From positions 160,139-221,608 of the forward strand of contig JACKFY010000003.1 of the NCBI GenBank assembly GCA_020632235.1: DNA of 61,470 nucleotides, read 5' to 3'. The position numbers and the translations under genes are program-made. Shown here piece by piece: positions 48,147 to 57,935 of this stretch. The number at the start of each line of letters is the position of its first letter. Positions within the stretch are counted from its first letter, which is position 1. The notes below the pieces were generated by a model. It was given only the letters and a program-made list of their open reading frames with translations. It did no database searches and was not told the origin of the DNA. Source of the stretch: Pseudomonadales bacterium (lineage in GTDB: Bacteria; Patescibacteriota; Microgenomatia; UBA1400; PJMF01).

Positions 48147-49202
48147 CTATGCAATAGTGATACTCTGATCCAGGTACACCGCCTGCACCAACCGCAAGAT
48201 CGCAAGCCCTTCATCCCAAGATTTCTTGAACACCTTACGCCCCATGATCAGCCCACTCCCACCCGCCCGCTTGTTGATAACGGCCGTGCACACTGCGTCA
48301 CGAATGTCGTTCTCACCGCTCTCCCCACCAGAGTTAATCAGAGGAATTTTCCCCGCGTAGCTATGCAGCACCTGGTAGCGTACCAGGTCTATCGGGTGAT
48401 CGGTCAAAAGTGCGTCGTACATCTCTGGTGTGTACTTGGAAAAACCCAACTCTTCAAAACCTCTGGCAGCTGAGGGCAGTTTTTGTTTGACAATGTCAGC
48501 TCCCAGCGTGGCGCCAATGTGAATAGCCTGCGAGGTGATATCAACCGACCGCTCGTGATTGGAGCCGTCTTTGGTGTACTGGTCATTTCTGGGGTAGCAC
48601 CATAGTACCGTGAACATACCCAGTTGGTGTGCGGCGGCAAATTGGCTTGCAATTTCGGTTATTTGTCGATGAGACTCTGGTGAGCCAAAGTAAATAGTTG
48701 CCCCCACCCCTTTTGCACCCAGCTGGTAGGCCTGGGCAGCGGTAGCAAACAATATCTGATTTGTTTTCTCGGGTAACGTCAAATGTTCACTGTGATTAAG
48801 CTTGACAATAAAGGGGATTTCACTGGCATACTGCCCAGAAACAAGCGCCAGCGCACCATAACTAGAGGCAACAGCACTACACCCCCCTGCTATGGCTAGC
48901 TTGATAATGTTCTCGGGGTCAAACAGACTGGGGTTGGTGTAAAACGAATAACCAGCCGTGTGCTCTAAAGCTTGGTCTACCGGGAAAATGGAGAGATACC
49001 CAGTGCCAGCAAGTGCGCCGTGATGGTACATGCTCATGAGTGAGTGCTGCACTGCTTTTGAACGATCAGAGCGGGCAAACGTGTGCTGGGCAGCCTCAAT
49101 CGAAGGTGTCTGCACACGCTCTCGAGGTACCTTCTGACAACGATGATTGAGCAGTGACTCTGCTTCATCACCAAGAATTGAAAAAATATCGGATTGTTGC
49201 AT
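48147..49202 (-). CDS. fbaB: Class I fructose-bisphosphate aldolase
   Basis: GYLSIFPVDQ, IPFIVKLNH, GATIYFGS, VLWCYPR, GADIVKQK, INSGG, GLIMGRK. Confidence 0.95.
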   Translation of the reverse strand: MQQSDIFSILGDEAESLLNHRCQKVPRERVQTPSIEAAQHTFARSDRSKAVQHSLMSMYHHGALAGTGYLSIFPVDQALEHTAGYSFYTNPSLFDPENIIKLAIAGGCSAVASSYGALALVSGQYASEIPFIVKLNHSEHLTLPEKTNQILFATAAQAYQLGAKGVGATIYFGSPESHRQITEIASQFAAAHQLGMFTVLWCYPRNDQYTKDGSNHERSVDITSQAIHIGATLGADIVKQKLPSAARGFEELGFSKYTPEMYDALLTDHPIDLVRYQVLHSYAGKIPLINSGGESGENDIRDAVCTAVINKRAGGSGLIMGRKVFKKSWDEGLAILRLVQAVYLDQSITIA

Positions 49203-49295
49203 AGGCAGAGAGATACGCTAGCCAAGCGCTAGCAAAATATGTTATTTTTACGTGTACTCACTATAGCAGAAGCCAAAACAAACACACAAGAACGC

Positions 49296-50951
49296 ATGTC
49301 TTCACCCAGTATTTCACCCGCCCATCCTGTTGCCTACCTGTGCGCTGAGTACGCGCTGTCTGACGCCCTCCCCTGGTATGCAGGAGGTCTTGGTGTGCTA
49401 GCTGGTGATACCCTCAAGCAAGCTGATGATGAACAGTACCCCATGATTGGTATTGGCTTACTGTACCGAGGGAAAAATGCGCTCCAGCATGTTGACGAGA
49501 CAGGCATGCAGTATGAAACTGATGATGCCTACGACCCACTCCAGCGCGGTCTACAACATGTCTACGACGCCCAAGGCGACCCGCTCTTTATCACGGTACA
49601 ACTAGGTGAGCTTCCAGTGTGGCTGCGTGTTTGGCAGTACATCTTACCAAACAGCCTGCCCCTCTACTTGCTTGACACAAATACCGATCAAAACCCGCTG
49701 GAAGTTCGCTCACTCACAGAAGAGCTCTATGCTGGCAGTGACACACTCCAGCTACAAAAACAAATCATCTTGGGTGTGGGTGGCGTACGACTGCTCGAGG
49801 AGCTACGCATCACTCCCAGTGTCTATCACTGCAACGAGGGACGCCCCATCTTTGCTGTCTGGGAGCTGCTGGCTCGCTATACAGAACGTGAAGAAATGAG
49901 CTTTGCAGATGCAGTAGCACTTGTTCGCTCTCAAGTGGTCTACACCAACCACACACTGGTGGCAGCTGGCAACAAGCAGTACGACCTGCCAAAAGTAGAA
50001 AGCCTCGCACTCCCCTACGCAGAGCGGGCTGATGTGAGTGTGCAAGAACTGGTTTCGCTAGGAGTACCTGGTGACCAAGATTCATTTAGCCCTACCGTGA
50101 TGGCACTCAACACCTCTCGTGCAGCCAATGGCGTATGCATGCTCCACACTGCTATATCTGAAAAAACATGGCCTGACTACAACTGGGTAGCCATCACCAA
50201 CGGCGTACACATGCCTACCTGGAAAGATACACGCATACGCGCAGATCAAAGTGACCAAGAGCTCTGGGACGCGCACCTACAGCTAAAACGAGAAACAGTA
50301 GAGTACATTCAACAAAAAACAGGCTACCGCTACAATCCAGAATGGTTGGTTGTGTCATGGGCGCGCCGACTAGCAAGCTACAAGCAGCCAGAGCTGCTTT
50401 TTTCTGATGTAGAAAGACTGCGCGCTATCCTCACCAATGCTGAGCGACCAGTGATGCTCCTCATGTCTGGTAAAGCTCACCAAGGTGACAGGGCTGGTAA
50501 AGAGCTACTCCAGACTATTATTGGCTACATGCGAGACACACTGCCAGGCCATGCTCTCTACATTCCTGGTTACTCGCTGGGTGTTGCCAAGATGCTAGTA
50601 ACCGGCAGTGACGTTTGGCTCAACACACCAGTCTTTGGTCTGGAGGCCTGCGGCACCTCTGGTATGAAGGCAGCTGCCAACGGCGTTATTCAGGCAAGTG
50701 TGGCTGACGGGTGGGTGGCCGAGGTAGATTTGACCACGGCCGGGTGGGTGCTTGACCACACAGATCTGCAAGCATCTCTCTACACCACACTTGAAGACGT
50801 GATCGCTCCACTCTACTACCAAAGAGATGGGGCTGGAGTACCTACCGAGTGGCTCGCGCGCATGAGGGAAAGCATGAAGATAGGTGAGCAGTTTGGGACC
50901 GACCGCATGCTTGAACAGTACAAAACACACTTCTACACACCACATGACTAA
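49296..50951 (+). CDS. glgP: Alpha-glucan (glycogen/starch) phosphorylase
   Basis: YAGGLGVLAGD, HCNEG, YTNHT, WARRLASYK, EACGTSGMKA; start 49296. Confidence 0.93.
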   Translation: MSSPSISPAHPVAYLCAEYALSDALPWYAGGLGVLAGDTLKQADDEQYPMIGIGLLYRGKNALQHVDETGMQYETDDAYDPLQRGLQHVYDAQGDPLFITVQLGELPVWLRVWQYILPNSLPLYLLDTNTDQNPLEVRSLTEELYAGSDTLQLQKQIILGVGGVRLLEELRITPSVYHCNEGRPIFAVWELLARYTEREEMSFADAVALVRSQVVYTNHTLVAAGNKQYDLPKVESLALPYAERADVSVQELVSLGVPGDQDSFSPTVMALNTSRAANGVCMLHTAISEKTWPDYNWVAITNGVHMPTWKDTRIRADQSDQELWDAHLQLKRETVEYIQQKTGYRYNPEWLVVSWARRLASYKQPELLFSDVERLRAILTNAERPVMLLMSGKAHQGDRAGKELLQTIIGYMRDTLPGHALYIPGYSLGVAKMLVTGSDVWLNTPVFGLEACGTSGMKAAANGVIQASVADGWVAEVDLTTAGWVLDHTDLQASLYTTLEDVIAPLYYQRDGAGVPTEWLARMRESMKIGEQFGTDRMLEQYKTHFYTPHD

Positions 50952-51243
50952 GTACAAAGCCTACTACCAAAAGATGGAGACAGAGCATCAAGAGCTGTTC
51001 GACCGCTTTGAGCCCATTCATGATGCGTATAAAGCCGACCGCAGTGAGGCGGAGGCGTTTCATGCCATTGGTGGAGAGGTAGTGGCGATCATGCGCGAGT
51101 GGGAGCAGCGACTGTGCGCTGGCATGGAGCGAGGTAAACACGCCCAGTACTCGCGTGGAGTCTCTGAAAAGTTTTGGAACGAGATTAAGCAGCGATTTTC
51201 CCACATCGAGTTGGTAGGAGTTACCTCAACGTTTCAAACATGA
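50944..51243 (+). CDS. Small hypothetical protein
   Basis: MTKYKAYYQKM.. starts overlapping the glgP stop and ends overlapping the next ATG. Confidence 0.7.
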   Translation: MTKYKAYYQKMETEHQELFDRFEPIHDAYKADRSEAEAFHAIGGEVVAIMREWEQRLCAGMERGKHAQYSRGVSEKFWNEIKQRFSHIELVGVTSTFQT

Positions 51244-52919
51244 CTGCCTTTGGCGAGATCACACTACTCCTAGCGCTTACTGCTGGCATTTCGTTGGTGA
51301 TGAAACTCATCCGCCAACCCCTGATCATTGGATACATCTTGGCTGGAGTGCTCGCTGGCCCGTACATGTTGGGTATTTTGACTGATACCCACAGCATCGA
51401 GTTATTTTCTACCTTTGGTATTACTATCTTACTCTTCATTGTTGGCCTGCACCTCAACCCTCTGGTGATCAGAGAGGTGGGAAAAGTCTCTCTGGTTACT
51501 GGTCTGGGACAAGTTCTTTTTACTTCGCTTGTGGGTTTTCTCATTTCTTTACTGATTGGTCTTAACGTAATTGCAGCCCTGTACTGCTCTATTGCCCTTA
51601 CCTTTAGCAGTACTATTATTATCTTAAAACTGCTGTCGGACAAAGGTGATATTCAGTCACTCTACGGCAAGATTGCGGTCGGGTTTCTCTTGGTCCAAGA
51701 CATCGTGGCAAGCATCATCTTGATGGCGTTTTCCTCTTTTGGCACAGCTGCCAATCAACCCCTTCCTCTCACCATCACGCTCCTGGTGGTAAAAGGCCTA
51801 TTGTTGTTCTGTTTTCTCTACGCAGTCAGTAAGTATGTACTGCCCAAACTGATCACCTTTGCTGCTGGTAGTAGCGAACTACTGTTCTTACTCTCGCTCA
51901 GCTGGGGACTACTAGTTGCAGTACTGTTTCAAACACTCGGTCTTTCACTCGAGATTGGCGCACTCATTGCAGGCATCACTCTTTCTACAAGTGATTACGT
52001 TGAGGAAATAGCCGCCAGACTACGCCCCCTTCGTGACTTTTTTATCATTCTCTTTTTTGTACTCCTAGGAGCAGAGATGATCCTTGATTTTACCCCTCAA
52101 ATTCTACTCTCGGCACTTGCCCTCTCTCTCTTTGTGTTGATAGGAAACCCCATCATCATGATCGTGATCATGAATCTTTTGGGCTACAAACAGCGCACTG
52201 GCTTTATGGCAGGCTTGACCGTGGCCCAAATCAGCGAGTTTTCATTGATATTGGCTACACTTGGCTTACAACTCGGCCACATCTCAAAAGAAGTCATGAC
52301 AATTATCACGCTGGTGGGACTCATCACCATCTCTATCTCTAGCTACTTTATTATCTACGCCGAGCGCATCTACCCTCCACTCAGAAAGATATTGAAGTTT
52401 TTCCAACTGAGAAAAAAAACTAGCGAAAAACAGAAAAAAATAAAAAAGATTGATGTATTGCTATTTGGATACAACCGAGTGGGACTCCAACTCCTCACCT
52501 TCTTGAAAAAACAAGACTACCGAGTAGGTGTGGTTGACCTTGATCCTGCTACTGCAGACAAGCTGCCAGGAAAACGCGCACCGCTCTTTCACGGTGATAT
52601 AGAAAACATAGAGTTTTTAGAAAGCCTGCCGCTCTCGGAGGCAAAACTCATCATCTCTACCATTACCAAAACAGAAACAACACTGTTGCTGACCAAAACA
52701 GTACGGACCGCCAACCCTACTGCCACCATTATTCTCTTTGCTCACACACAAGAGGATGCCCACGAGCTTTACCAAGCTGGGGCCACCTATGTCGTGCTAC
52801 CCCACCACGTGGGTGCAGATCATCTCACTCAAATCATCGAGAGTCTTGGCTTTGAAGAAAAAGCGTATACGCGCAGGAAGAATAAGCATGTAAGGGAACT
52901 GGAGAGCATACTGTCGTAA
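51240..52919 (+). CDS. CPA2 cation:proton antiporter (KefB/KefC-like) with TrkA-N domain
   Basis: RQPLIIGYILAG, LLFIVGL, SSTII, LLVQD, QISEFSL, GYNRVG. Confidence 0.92.
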   Translation: MTAFGEITLLLALTAGISLVMKLIRQPLIIGYILAGVLAGPYMLGILTDTHSIELFSTFGITILLFIVGLHLNPLVIREVGKVSLVTGLGQVLFTSLVGFLISLLIGLNVIAALYCSIALTFSSTIIILKLLSDKGDIQSLYGKIAVGFLLVQDIVASIILMAFSSFGTAANQPLPLTITLLVVKGLLLFCFLYAVSKYVLPKLITFAAGSSELLFLLSLSWGLLVAVLFQTLGLSLEIGALIAGITLSTSDYVEEIAARLRPLRDFFIILFFVLLGAEMILDFTPQILLSALALSLFVLIGNPIIMIVIMNLLGYKQRTGFMAGLTVAQISEFSLILATLGLQLGHISKEVMTIITLVGLITISISSYFIIYAERIYPPLRKILKFFQLRKKTSEKQKKIKKIDVLLFGYNRVGLQLLTFLKKQDYRVGVVDLDPATADKLPGKRAPLFHGDIENIEFLESLPLSEAKLIISTITKTETTLLLTKTVRTANPTATIILFAHTQEDAHELYQAGATYVVLPHHVGADHLTQIIESLGFEEKAYTRRKNKHVRELESILS

Positions 52920-52928
52920 TCAAACGAC

Positions 52929-53114
52929 TTAGCTACCTTCACCCTCCGCTGGCTCTTCAAGATCTTCAAGACCAACACTCACTCCTACTGAGGGGAAACT
53001 AAATTTCTCACCAGTTTGTCTTATTCTGTCTATAACTAATAGTACAGCCAAAGCTGAACCATAAGGATCAACTCTGATCTCTTTTTCTACTACCTCCCTC
53101 TTGTTGTTCTCCAC
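52929..53114 (-). CDS. Possible small hypothetical protein
   Basis: 61-aa ORF with GGAG upstream, filling an intergenic gap. Confidence 0.35.
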   Translation of the reverse strand: MENNKREVVEKEIRVDPYGSALAVLLVIDRIRQTGEKFSFPSVGVSVGLEDLEEPAEGEGS

Positions 53115-53189
53115 TTTCTGATGCTCGTTCTTGATCTGAAGTCATATACTTTTTCCTTTCTATACAATGCGGCAAGCAAGACAACTATA

Positions 53190-54110
53190 TCACAATACGT
53201 CTCGTTTTTTGAGCAAGAAAACCAGCAAGCCAGTCAAGCTGACCGCCAAAAGACCAATAGCGATAAACGAGCTAGAGTGCTGGGCAAACGGCAAGACAAC
53301 ATTCATCCCAAAAAAGCTAGCAATCATCGTGGGTACTGTCAAGATTGCTGTCATGACCGTCAACAACTTCATGTTTTTATTCAGTCTATTGGTGGCAATG
53401 GTGGTGTAGGAGTCACGAATGTTGATGATGCCCTTGATGTGCGTCTCGCACATGCGGATCAGCTGGTTGTTGTTCTGCAAAAGGTCTTCTAAAAGATCAG
53501 CGTCATGTTCGTAGAGCTTTAGGTACTTACCAGACATCAACTGCTCAAGCATCAAGCTGATAGGCTCGAGTGAAAATAACAACTCATTAAATGTTGACTC
53601 CAAAAGCACCAGCGACTCGATATCACTGTCTGAAAGCGAGGTAAAGTTTTTGCTCAGGGTAAGCACTTGCTTTGCGCGTGTGTGAATAATAGCCTCGTAC
53701 TCATTGTCTATCTCAAGCAAAATATTGATGATGAGGCGCGATTTTTGGGTAGTGTAGATAGCCTTGTTTTGCTCAAGTAGGGTGGTGACCCTATCCAATT
53801 TTTCAGGACTAACCGTCAGGACGTGTGCTGGTGTGCGAATGAGCAGTAGTGGCGCTGTGCGAATGGTATCACCAATAAAACGAGGAAAACGAGTGATCAA
53901 GTACGTTGTTTCTTCGTCCAGCTCTATGCGAGGGATCTCGAACGGGTCAAGCGCGTCAGATAAAATAGGGGTTTCGAGTGCAAACTCTGTTGCTAGCTGG
54001 AGTAGTTCTTTTTTGCTCGGCTCGCTCGTATGAATCCAAGCGCCAACTTTTGGCCCTGTCAGAAGTCTATAGTTTTTACTCAGCTTATTTTTATAAAAAA
54101 TTATCCGCAT
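53190..54110 (-). CDS. corA: CorA family Mg2+/Co2+ transporter
   Basis: DALDPFEIPR, RLNKNMKLLT, PTMIASFFGMN signature. Confidence 0.93.
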   Translation of the reverse strand: MRIIFYKNKLSKNYRLLTGPKVGAWIHTSEPSKKELLQLATEFALETPILSDALDPFEIPRIELDEETTYLITRFPRFIGDTIRTAPLLLIRTPAHVLTVSPEKLDRVTTLLEQNKAIYTTQKSRLIINILLEIDNEYEAIIHTRAKQVLTLSKNFTSLSDSDIESLVLLESTFNELLFSLEPISLMLEQLMSGKYLKLYEHDADLLEDLLQNNNQLIRMCETHIKGIINIRDSYTTIATNRLNKNMKLLTVMTAILTVPTMIASFFGMNVVLPFAQHSSSFIAIGLLAVSLTGLLVFLLKKRDVL

Positions 54111-54165
54111 GCGGTTACTATGACACAGATGATGGTGGTGTGCATGGGGAAAGGCGTAGTGCTTG

Positions 54166-54236
54166 ATCCCAGGCTAGGATTCGAACCTAGAATAACAGGG
54201 TCAGAACCTGTTGTGATGCCATTTCACTACCTGGGA
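54166..54236 (-). tRNA. tRNA-Gln(CTG)
   Basis: Cloverleaf TCCCAGG..ACAGG-TTCTGAC-CCTGT..CTAGG-TTCGAAT-CCTAG-CCTGGGA; U1-A72 pair; CCA not encoded. Confidence 0.95.
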
Positions 54237-54397
54237 GTGATCGACTAGACGTAGTATACCGCACAGAGAGTTGATAGACAAAGCAGGCTATCCCATCCCC
54301 TTTCAAAAGCCGCGTAAGGTGTTTGTAAGAAAGCCCCTGTATAGTACATCAAACTGTATATAAAAAAACTATACTGTATACTAGCTAGATATACACT

Positions 54398-55072
54398 ATG
54401 AACACCATTTTATTACTCGAAGATGATGGAGTTTTAAGAAAACAATTGACAAGCGTGCTGGGAGCGAAGTACCAAGTGCATGATTCAGGCAGAATGGATG
54501 AAGGGTTTGCTCTCATCCAAAAACATCTCTACGACGTCGTAGTAACAGATAGACTGCTGATTGATGGTGACAGCCTAGCCCTCATAGAGTACGTGCGAGA
54601 AATGTCTCCCACTACCAAAGTTATCTGCATATCAAAACTTTCAAAAAGCAATGAGCGTATCGAGGGACTCTATTCTGGAGCTGATGATTATCTTCCCAAA
54701 CCACTCTGTGTACAAGAACTTGTCTTGAAAGTTGAACGAATCCTAGAGCTAGAGAGAAAACCACAAAGAGAAGCGATTTCGTTTGGTCCATGTGCATTTT
54801 TTCCTGAAACAGGACGCCTACAAACACCAGATCGCACCATTCAATTGCGCAAAAAGGAGGCAGCTATTTTTTACACCCTCCTGAGACACCGCAACTATAC
54901 TGTCTCAAGACAGACTATTCTAGCTGAGGGATGGCCTGAAGAAACAGCGCCGCTGCAGACATCGCTCGACGTCTACATGCGCAGATTGCGTATACAGCTA
55001 GGTGAGTATGCCTACCTTTTGCAGACAAGTAGGGGGTATGGCTACAAACTGGTCAGCCCAGTGGAAGTATAA
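54398..55072 (+). CDS. OmpR/PhoB-family response regulator
   Basis: LLEDD, VVTD, GADDYLPKP receiver; winged-helix LRKKE, LDVYMRRLR, RGYGY. Confidence 0.93.
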   Translation: MNTILLLEDDGVLRKQLTSVLGAKYQVHDSGRMDEGFALIQKHLYDVVVTDRLLIDGDSLALIEYVREMSPTTKVICISKLSKSNERIEGLYSGADDYLPKPLCVQELVLKVERILELERKPQREAISFGPCAFFPETGRLQTPDRTIQLRKKEAAIFYTLLRHRNYTVSRQTILAEGWPEETAPLQTSLDVYMRRLRIQLGEYAYLLQTSRGYGYKLVSPVEV

Positions 55073-55733
55073 TTGTTGTTTTTGTGCCCAGTGATGGCTT
55101 GCTGTACATACGCATTGAACCACCCATTGAACGAAATACCTGTCTGGCAAACGGCAGCCCCAATCCTTTCCCCGCGTACTTGAAACTAACCCCTTTCTTG
55201 AGAGCCAAAAGGGTTGCAAGCTTATTCATACCTTTGCCAAAATCTTGGATGGTAATAACTGCAGCGCTTTTTGAGTACTCTAGTGAAAGAGAAACGGGCG
55301 CAGCACTCCCCACTGGGGATGCATCAATGCTGTTTTTTAACACACATAAAATCGCTTGTTCAAATATCACCGCGTCACCATGAAGTACGTCATTGGAGAT
55401 AGCAAGCGAAGTGTGGATAGGCGCGCCATATAACGACTCGGCCAACCGAACCACTGCTTCTAGCTTACTTTTTATACAAAACTGCGTGTCTTTGCTATCA
55501 GCAGTCAAAAGCTCCATAATGTGTTGAATGGCAGACGTTGTCTGAAGAAGTTGTGCGTGCGTCATGCTTCCCTCTCTGAGCGCTTGGTTGGTGGTGCTTT
55601 TCAACACACTGAGTGGAGTACCCACTGCGTGTTGGAGCGCAGGACAAATATAAAAGTCGTAGGAATCATGAGGTGCTACACGAAATTGACCTGGCTGAAG
55701 ACCGAGGAGCTTGGTGAGTAGCATCTGTAACAT
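55053..55733 (-). CDS. Soluble histidine kinase without a sensor domain
   Basis: H-box-like QHAVGTPL, N box VLKNSIDA, G1 QDFGKGM, G2 GKGLGL; no TM. Confidence 0.8.
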   Translation of the reverse strand: MLQMLLTKLLGLQPGQFRVAPHDSYDFYICPALQHAVGTPLSVLKSTTNQALREGSMTHAQLLQTTSAIQHIMELLTADSKDTQFCIKSKLEAVVRLAESLYGAPIHTSLAISNDVLHGDAVIFEQAILCVLKNSIDASPVGSAAPVSLSLEYSKSAAVITIQDFGKGMNKLATLLALKKGVSFKYAGKGLGLPFARQVFRSMGGSMRMYSKPSLGTKTTIILPLG

Positions 55734-55846
55734 AGTCGAGCAAGCGACATGGAGTATATCATACTATGCCAAAAAAGCAACTACTCGCCTTGTCTTGATC
55801 ACACCCTAAACAGAAACAGGATGTATGGCGTGTTAGACTGATAGAT

Positions 55847-56743
55847 GTGAAACAAACCCTGCTTGCCCCGCTTGCGCTATTTCTTGTTACGTTTGGCTAC
55901 GTTGTGTGGGTGCGATCTCTCCAACACGCTGCTACTCCCCCGATACACATGTATGAGCTCTATCAAATAGACACAGCGCCTCTTCCCACAGTACGTGGGC
56001 GCCCAACGATCGAGGGTGTGCAGGCTAGCTCATACTTGGTGCGCGATGTTGCTTCTGGTAGTGACCTAGCACGTAAAGCGCCCACTACCCAGGTCTTTCC
56101 CGCCTCAACCATCAAGCTAGCAACTGCCTTGACAGCACTGCACACCTATTCGCATAATCCCCTCCTCTCTGTACCTGCCCAAGCGGTCGGCCAAGGTGAG
56201 CGCGTTATTTTGCCTGTAGGCGCACAGTACTATGCAAACGATCTGATTCAGGCAGCCGTAGTCCAGTCAGTCAATGCTGCCGCACTTACCCTAGCCTATA
56301 ATCATCCAGGGGGTTATGAAGGATTTGTGCGCGATACAAACGAACTCTTTGAGTCTCTAGGGCTGACTGCAACACACACCGATACTCCTGTTGGGTTTGA
56401 TACCGAGTACACGCAGTCAACGGCTCGCGACTTGACCATCTTGAGTACTCAGGCTATTAAACAACCTCTGATTGCGTCAGCAGGAGGTACTCGGGTGCTT
56501 GATCTTACCAGTACTAACACCAAACAAGTTATTAGACTGCACAACACAAACCCCTTGTTGAGAAGTGATCCACGCGTGGTGGGGCTTAAAACAGGCACCA
56601 CTGATGGTGCGCGTGAAACGCTCATTACTCTAGCCATCATTGATGGACACCAAGTGCTGATTACGCTCCTTGATAGCCCTGATAGAGGTGGTGATACAGA
56701 GCGTATTCTATCGTGGCTTTCCTCATCGGTAAGCTGGAAGTAA
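55847..56743 (+). CDS. D-alanyl-D-alanine carboxypeptidase (peptidase S11)
   Basis: SxxK (ASTIK), SxN (SVN), KTG (GLKTGTT); N-terminal TM. Confidence 0.92.
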   Translation: MKQTLLAPLALFLVTFGYVVWVRSLQHAATPPIHMYELYQIDTAPLPTVRGRPTIEGVQASSYLVRDVASGSDLARKAPTTQVFPASTIKLATALTALHTYSHNPLLSVPAQAVGQGERVILPVGAQYYANDLIQAAVVQSVNAAALTLAYNHPGGYEGFVRDTNELFESLGLTATHTDTPVGFDTEYTQSTARDLTILSTQAIKQPLIASAGGTRVLDLTSTNTKQVIRLHNTNPLLRSDPRVVGLKTGTTDGARETLITLAIIDGHQVLITLLDSPDRGGDTERILSWLSSSVSWK

Positions 56744-56818
56744 AAAACAAAAAAGACCGCGCGCCTTTACACACAGATACAGTATTCGCTACACTACAAC
56801 GTACGAGATAACCTGCGT

Positions 56819-57892
56819 ATGGAAACCTACACCACTGCCCCCAACTCACTTACCAACGTCACTCGTGGCGGGAGAAAGGTGGTCCAGTTTGGCTTGATTG
56901 GTCTAGTCTTACTCATGACAGGCAGACTCTTGTGGGGAAGTTTCTGGAGCTACTGGGAGGCTACCCACCCCCGACCCACCCCCCCACCCACCATGGGCTT
57001 TGGCCAACTGCCAGAACTTCGTTTTCCTGAAATAACGAGCGCTACGAGCTATGAGTACACGCTCGAGCTGCCCACCGGCTCACTACCTGTGTTTGGTGAC
57101 AGAGCAAGCGTCTTTTTCATGCCACCAGCCAGCATCGGCCTCTTTTCAAGTGAAGATGCGAGTGAAGTTGCCAGCTCGTACGGGTTTACCAGCCCACCCA
57201 CCATCCTAACCTCCACTGAGTACCGCTGGAGTAAAACAGGGCAATTTTTAGAAACACTTGACGTAGCCATCGACACAGATAACATTACCTACAGCACCGA
57301 CTACCTGGCTAAACCAGAGTTACTCCTCCAGACGGATGTGCTCAGCGGCTTTAACGCACTCGAGCAAACTAAACGATTTTTGCAAAAAGCAGAGCTCTTA
57401 CCACCAGATATGGCAACAAGCTCGGGCAGCGTTGTGTATAAAAAATCACTTGCAGGCGAGCTAGTAGACGCTGTCTCGGTCTCTGATGCAGACTTTGTAG
57501 CTGTTGATATCAATCGCACACCAATTGATGACACCTACTCGCTCTTCACTCCAGAAGGAGAAGTTGGTGTTGTACACGCGGTCTTGACCAGTGGTACTTC
57601 GTCACAAAACGGCGTGCTCGAGTTGTCTCGTCGCTACCATCCGGTTGACTACACCCAGTCGCATACCTATCCACTCAAGACAACAGACCAAGCATATCAA
57701 GAACTACGCTCGGGCTCAGGATATATAGCCCAATACACAGGGAGCGCTAACGCTGTGACTATTCGCTCGGTAGAGTTGGGGTACTACGACGACTTTGAGT
57801 ATCAGGCGTACCTCCAACCCATCTATGTTTTTCGCGGTGACAATAACTTTTTAGGCTACGTGCCTGCTGCCACGCTCTCGCTCCAACAGTAG
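56819..57892 (+). CDS. Hypothetical single-TM exported protein
   Basis: 357 aa, TM then PTPPPT linker. Confidence 0.75.
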   Translation: METYTTAPNSLTNVTRGGRKVVQFGLIGLVLLMTGRLLWGSFWSYWEATHPRPTPPPTMGFGQLPELRFPEITSATSYEYTLELPTGSLPVFGDRASVFFMPPASIGLFSSEDASEVASSYGFTSPPTILTSTEYRWSKTGQFLETLDVAIDTDNITYSTDYLAKPELLLQTDVLSGFNALEQTKRFLQKAELLPPDMATSSGSVVYKKSLAGELVDAVSVSDADFVAVDINRTPIDDTYSLFTPEGEVGVVHAVLTSGTSSQNGVLELSRRYHPVDYTQSHTYPLKTTDQAYQELRSGSGYIAQYTGSANAVTIRSVELGYYDDFEYQAYLQPIYVFRGDNNFLGYVPAATLSLQQ

Positions 57893-57935
57893 CCTATTTT
57901 GGACTCACACACAAAGCTCGGGTATACTATCGCTT

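Noticed and set aside
54166-54300. tRNA-Gln as an island integration site
   Set aside because: I found no duplicated tRNA 3' end and no adjacent integrase.
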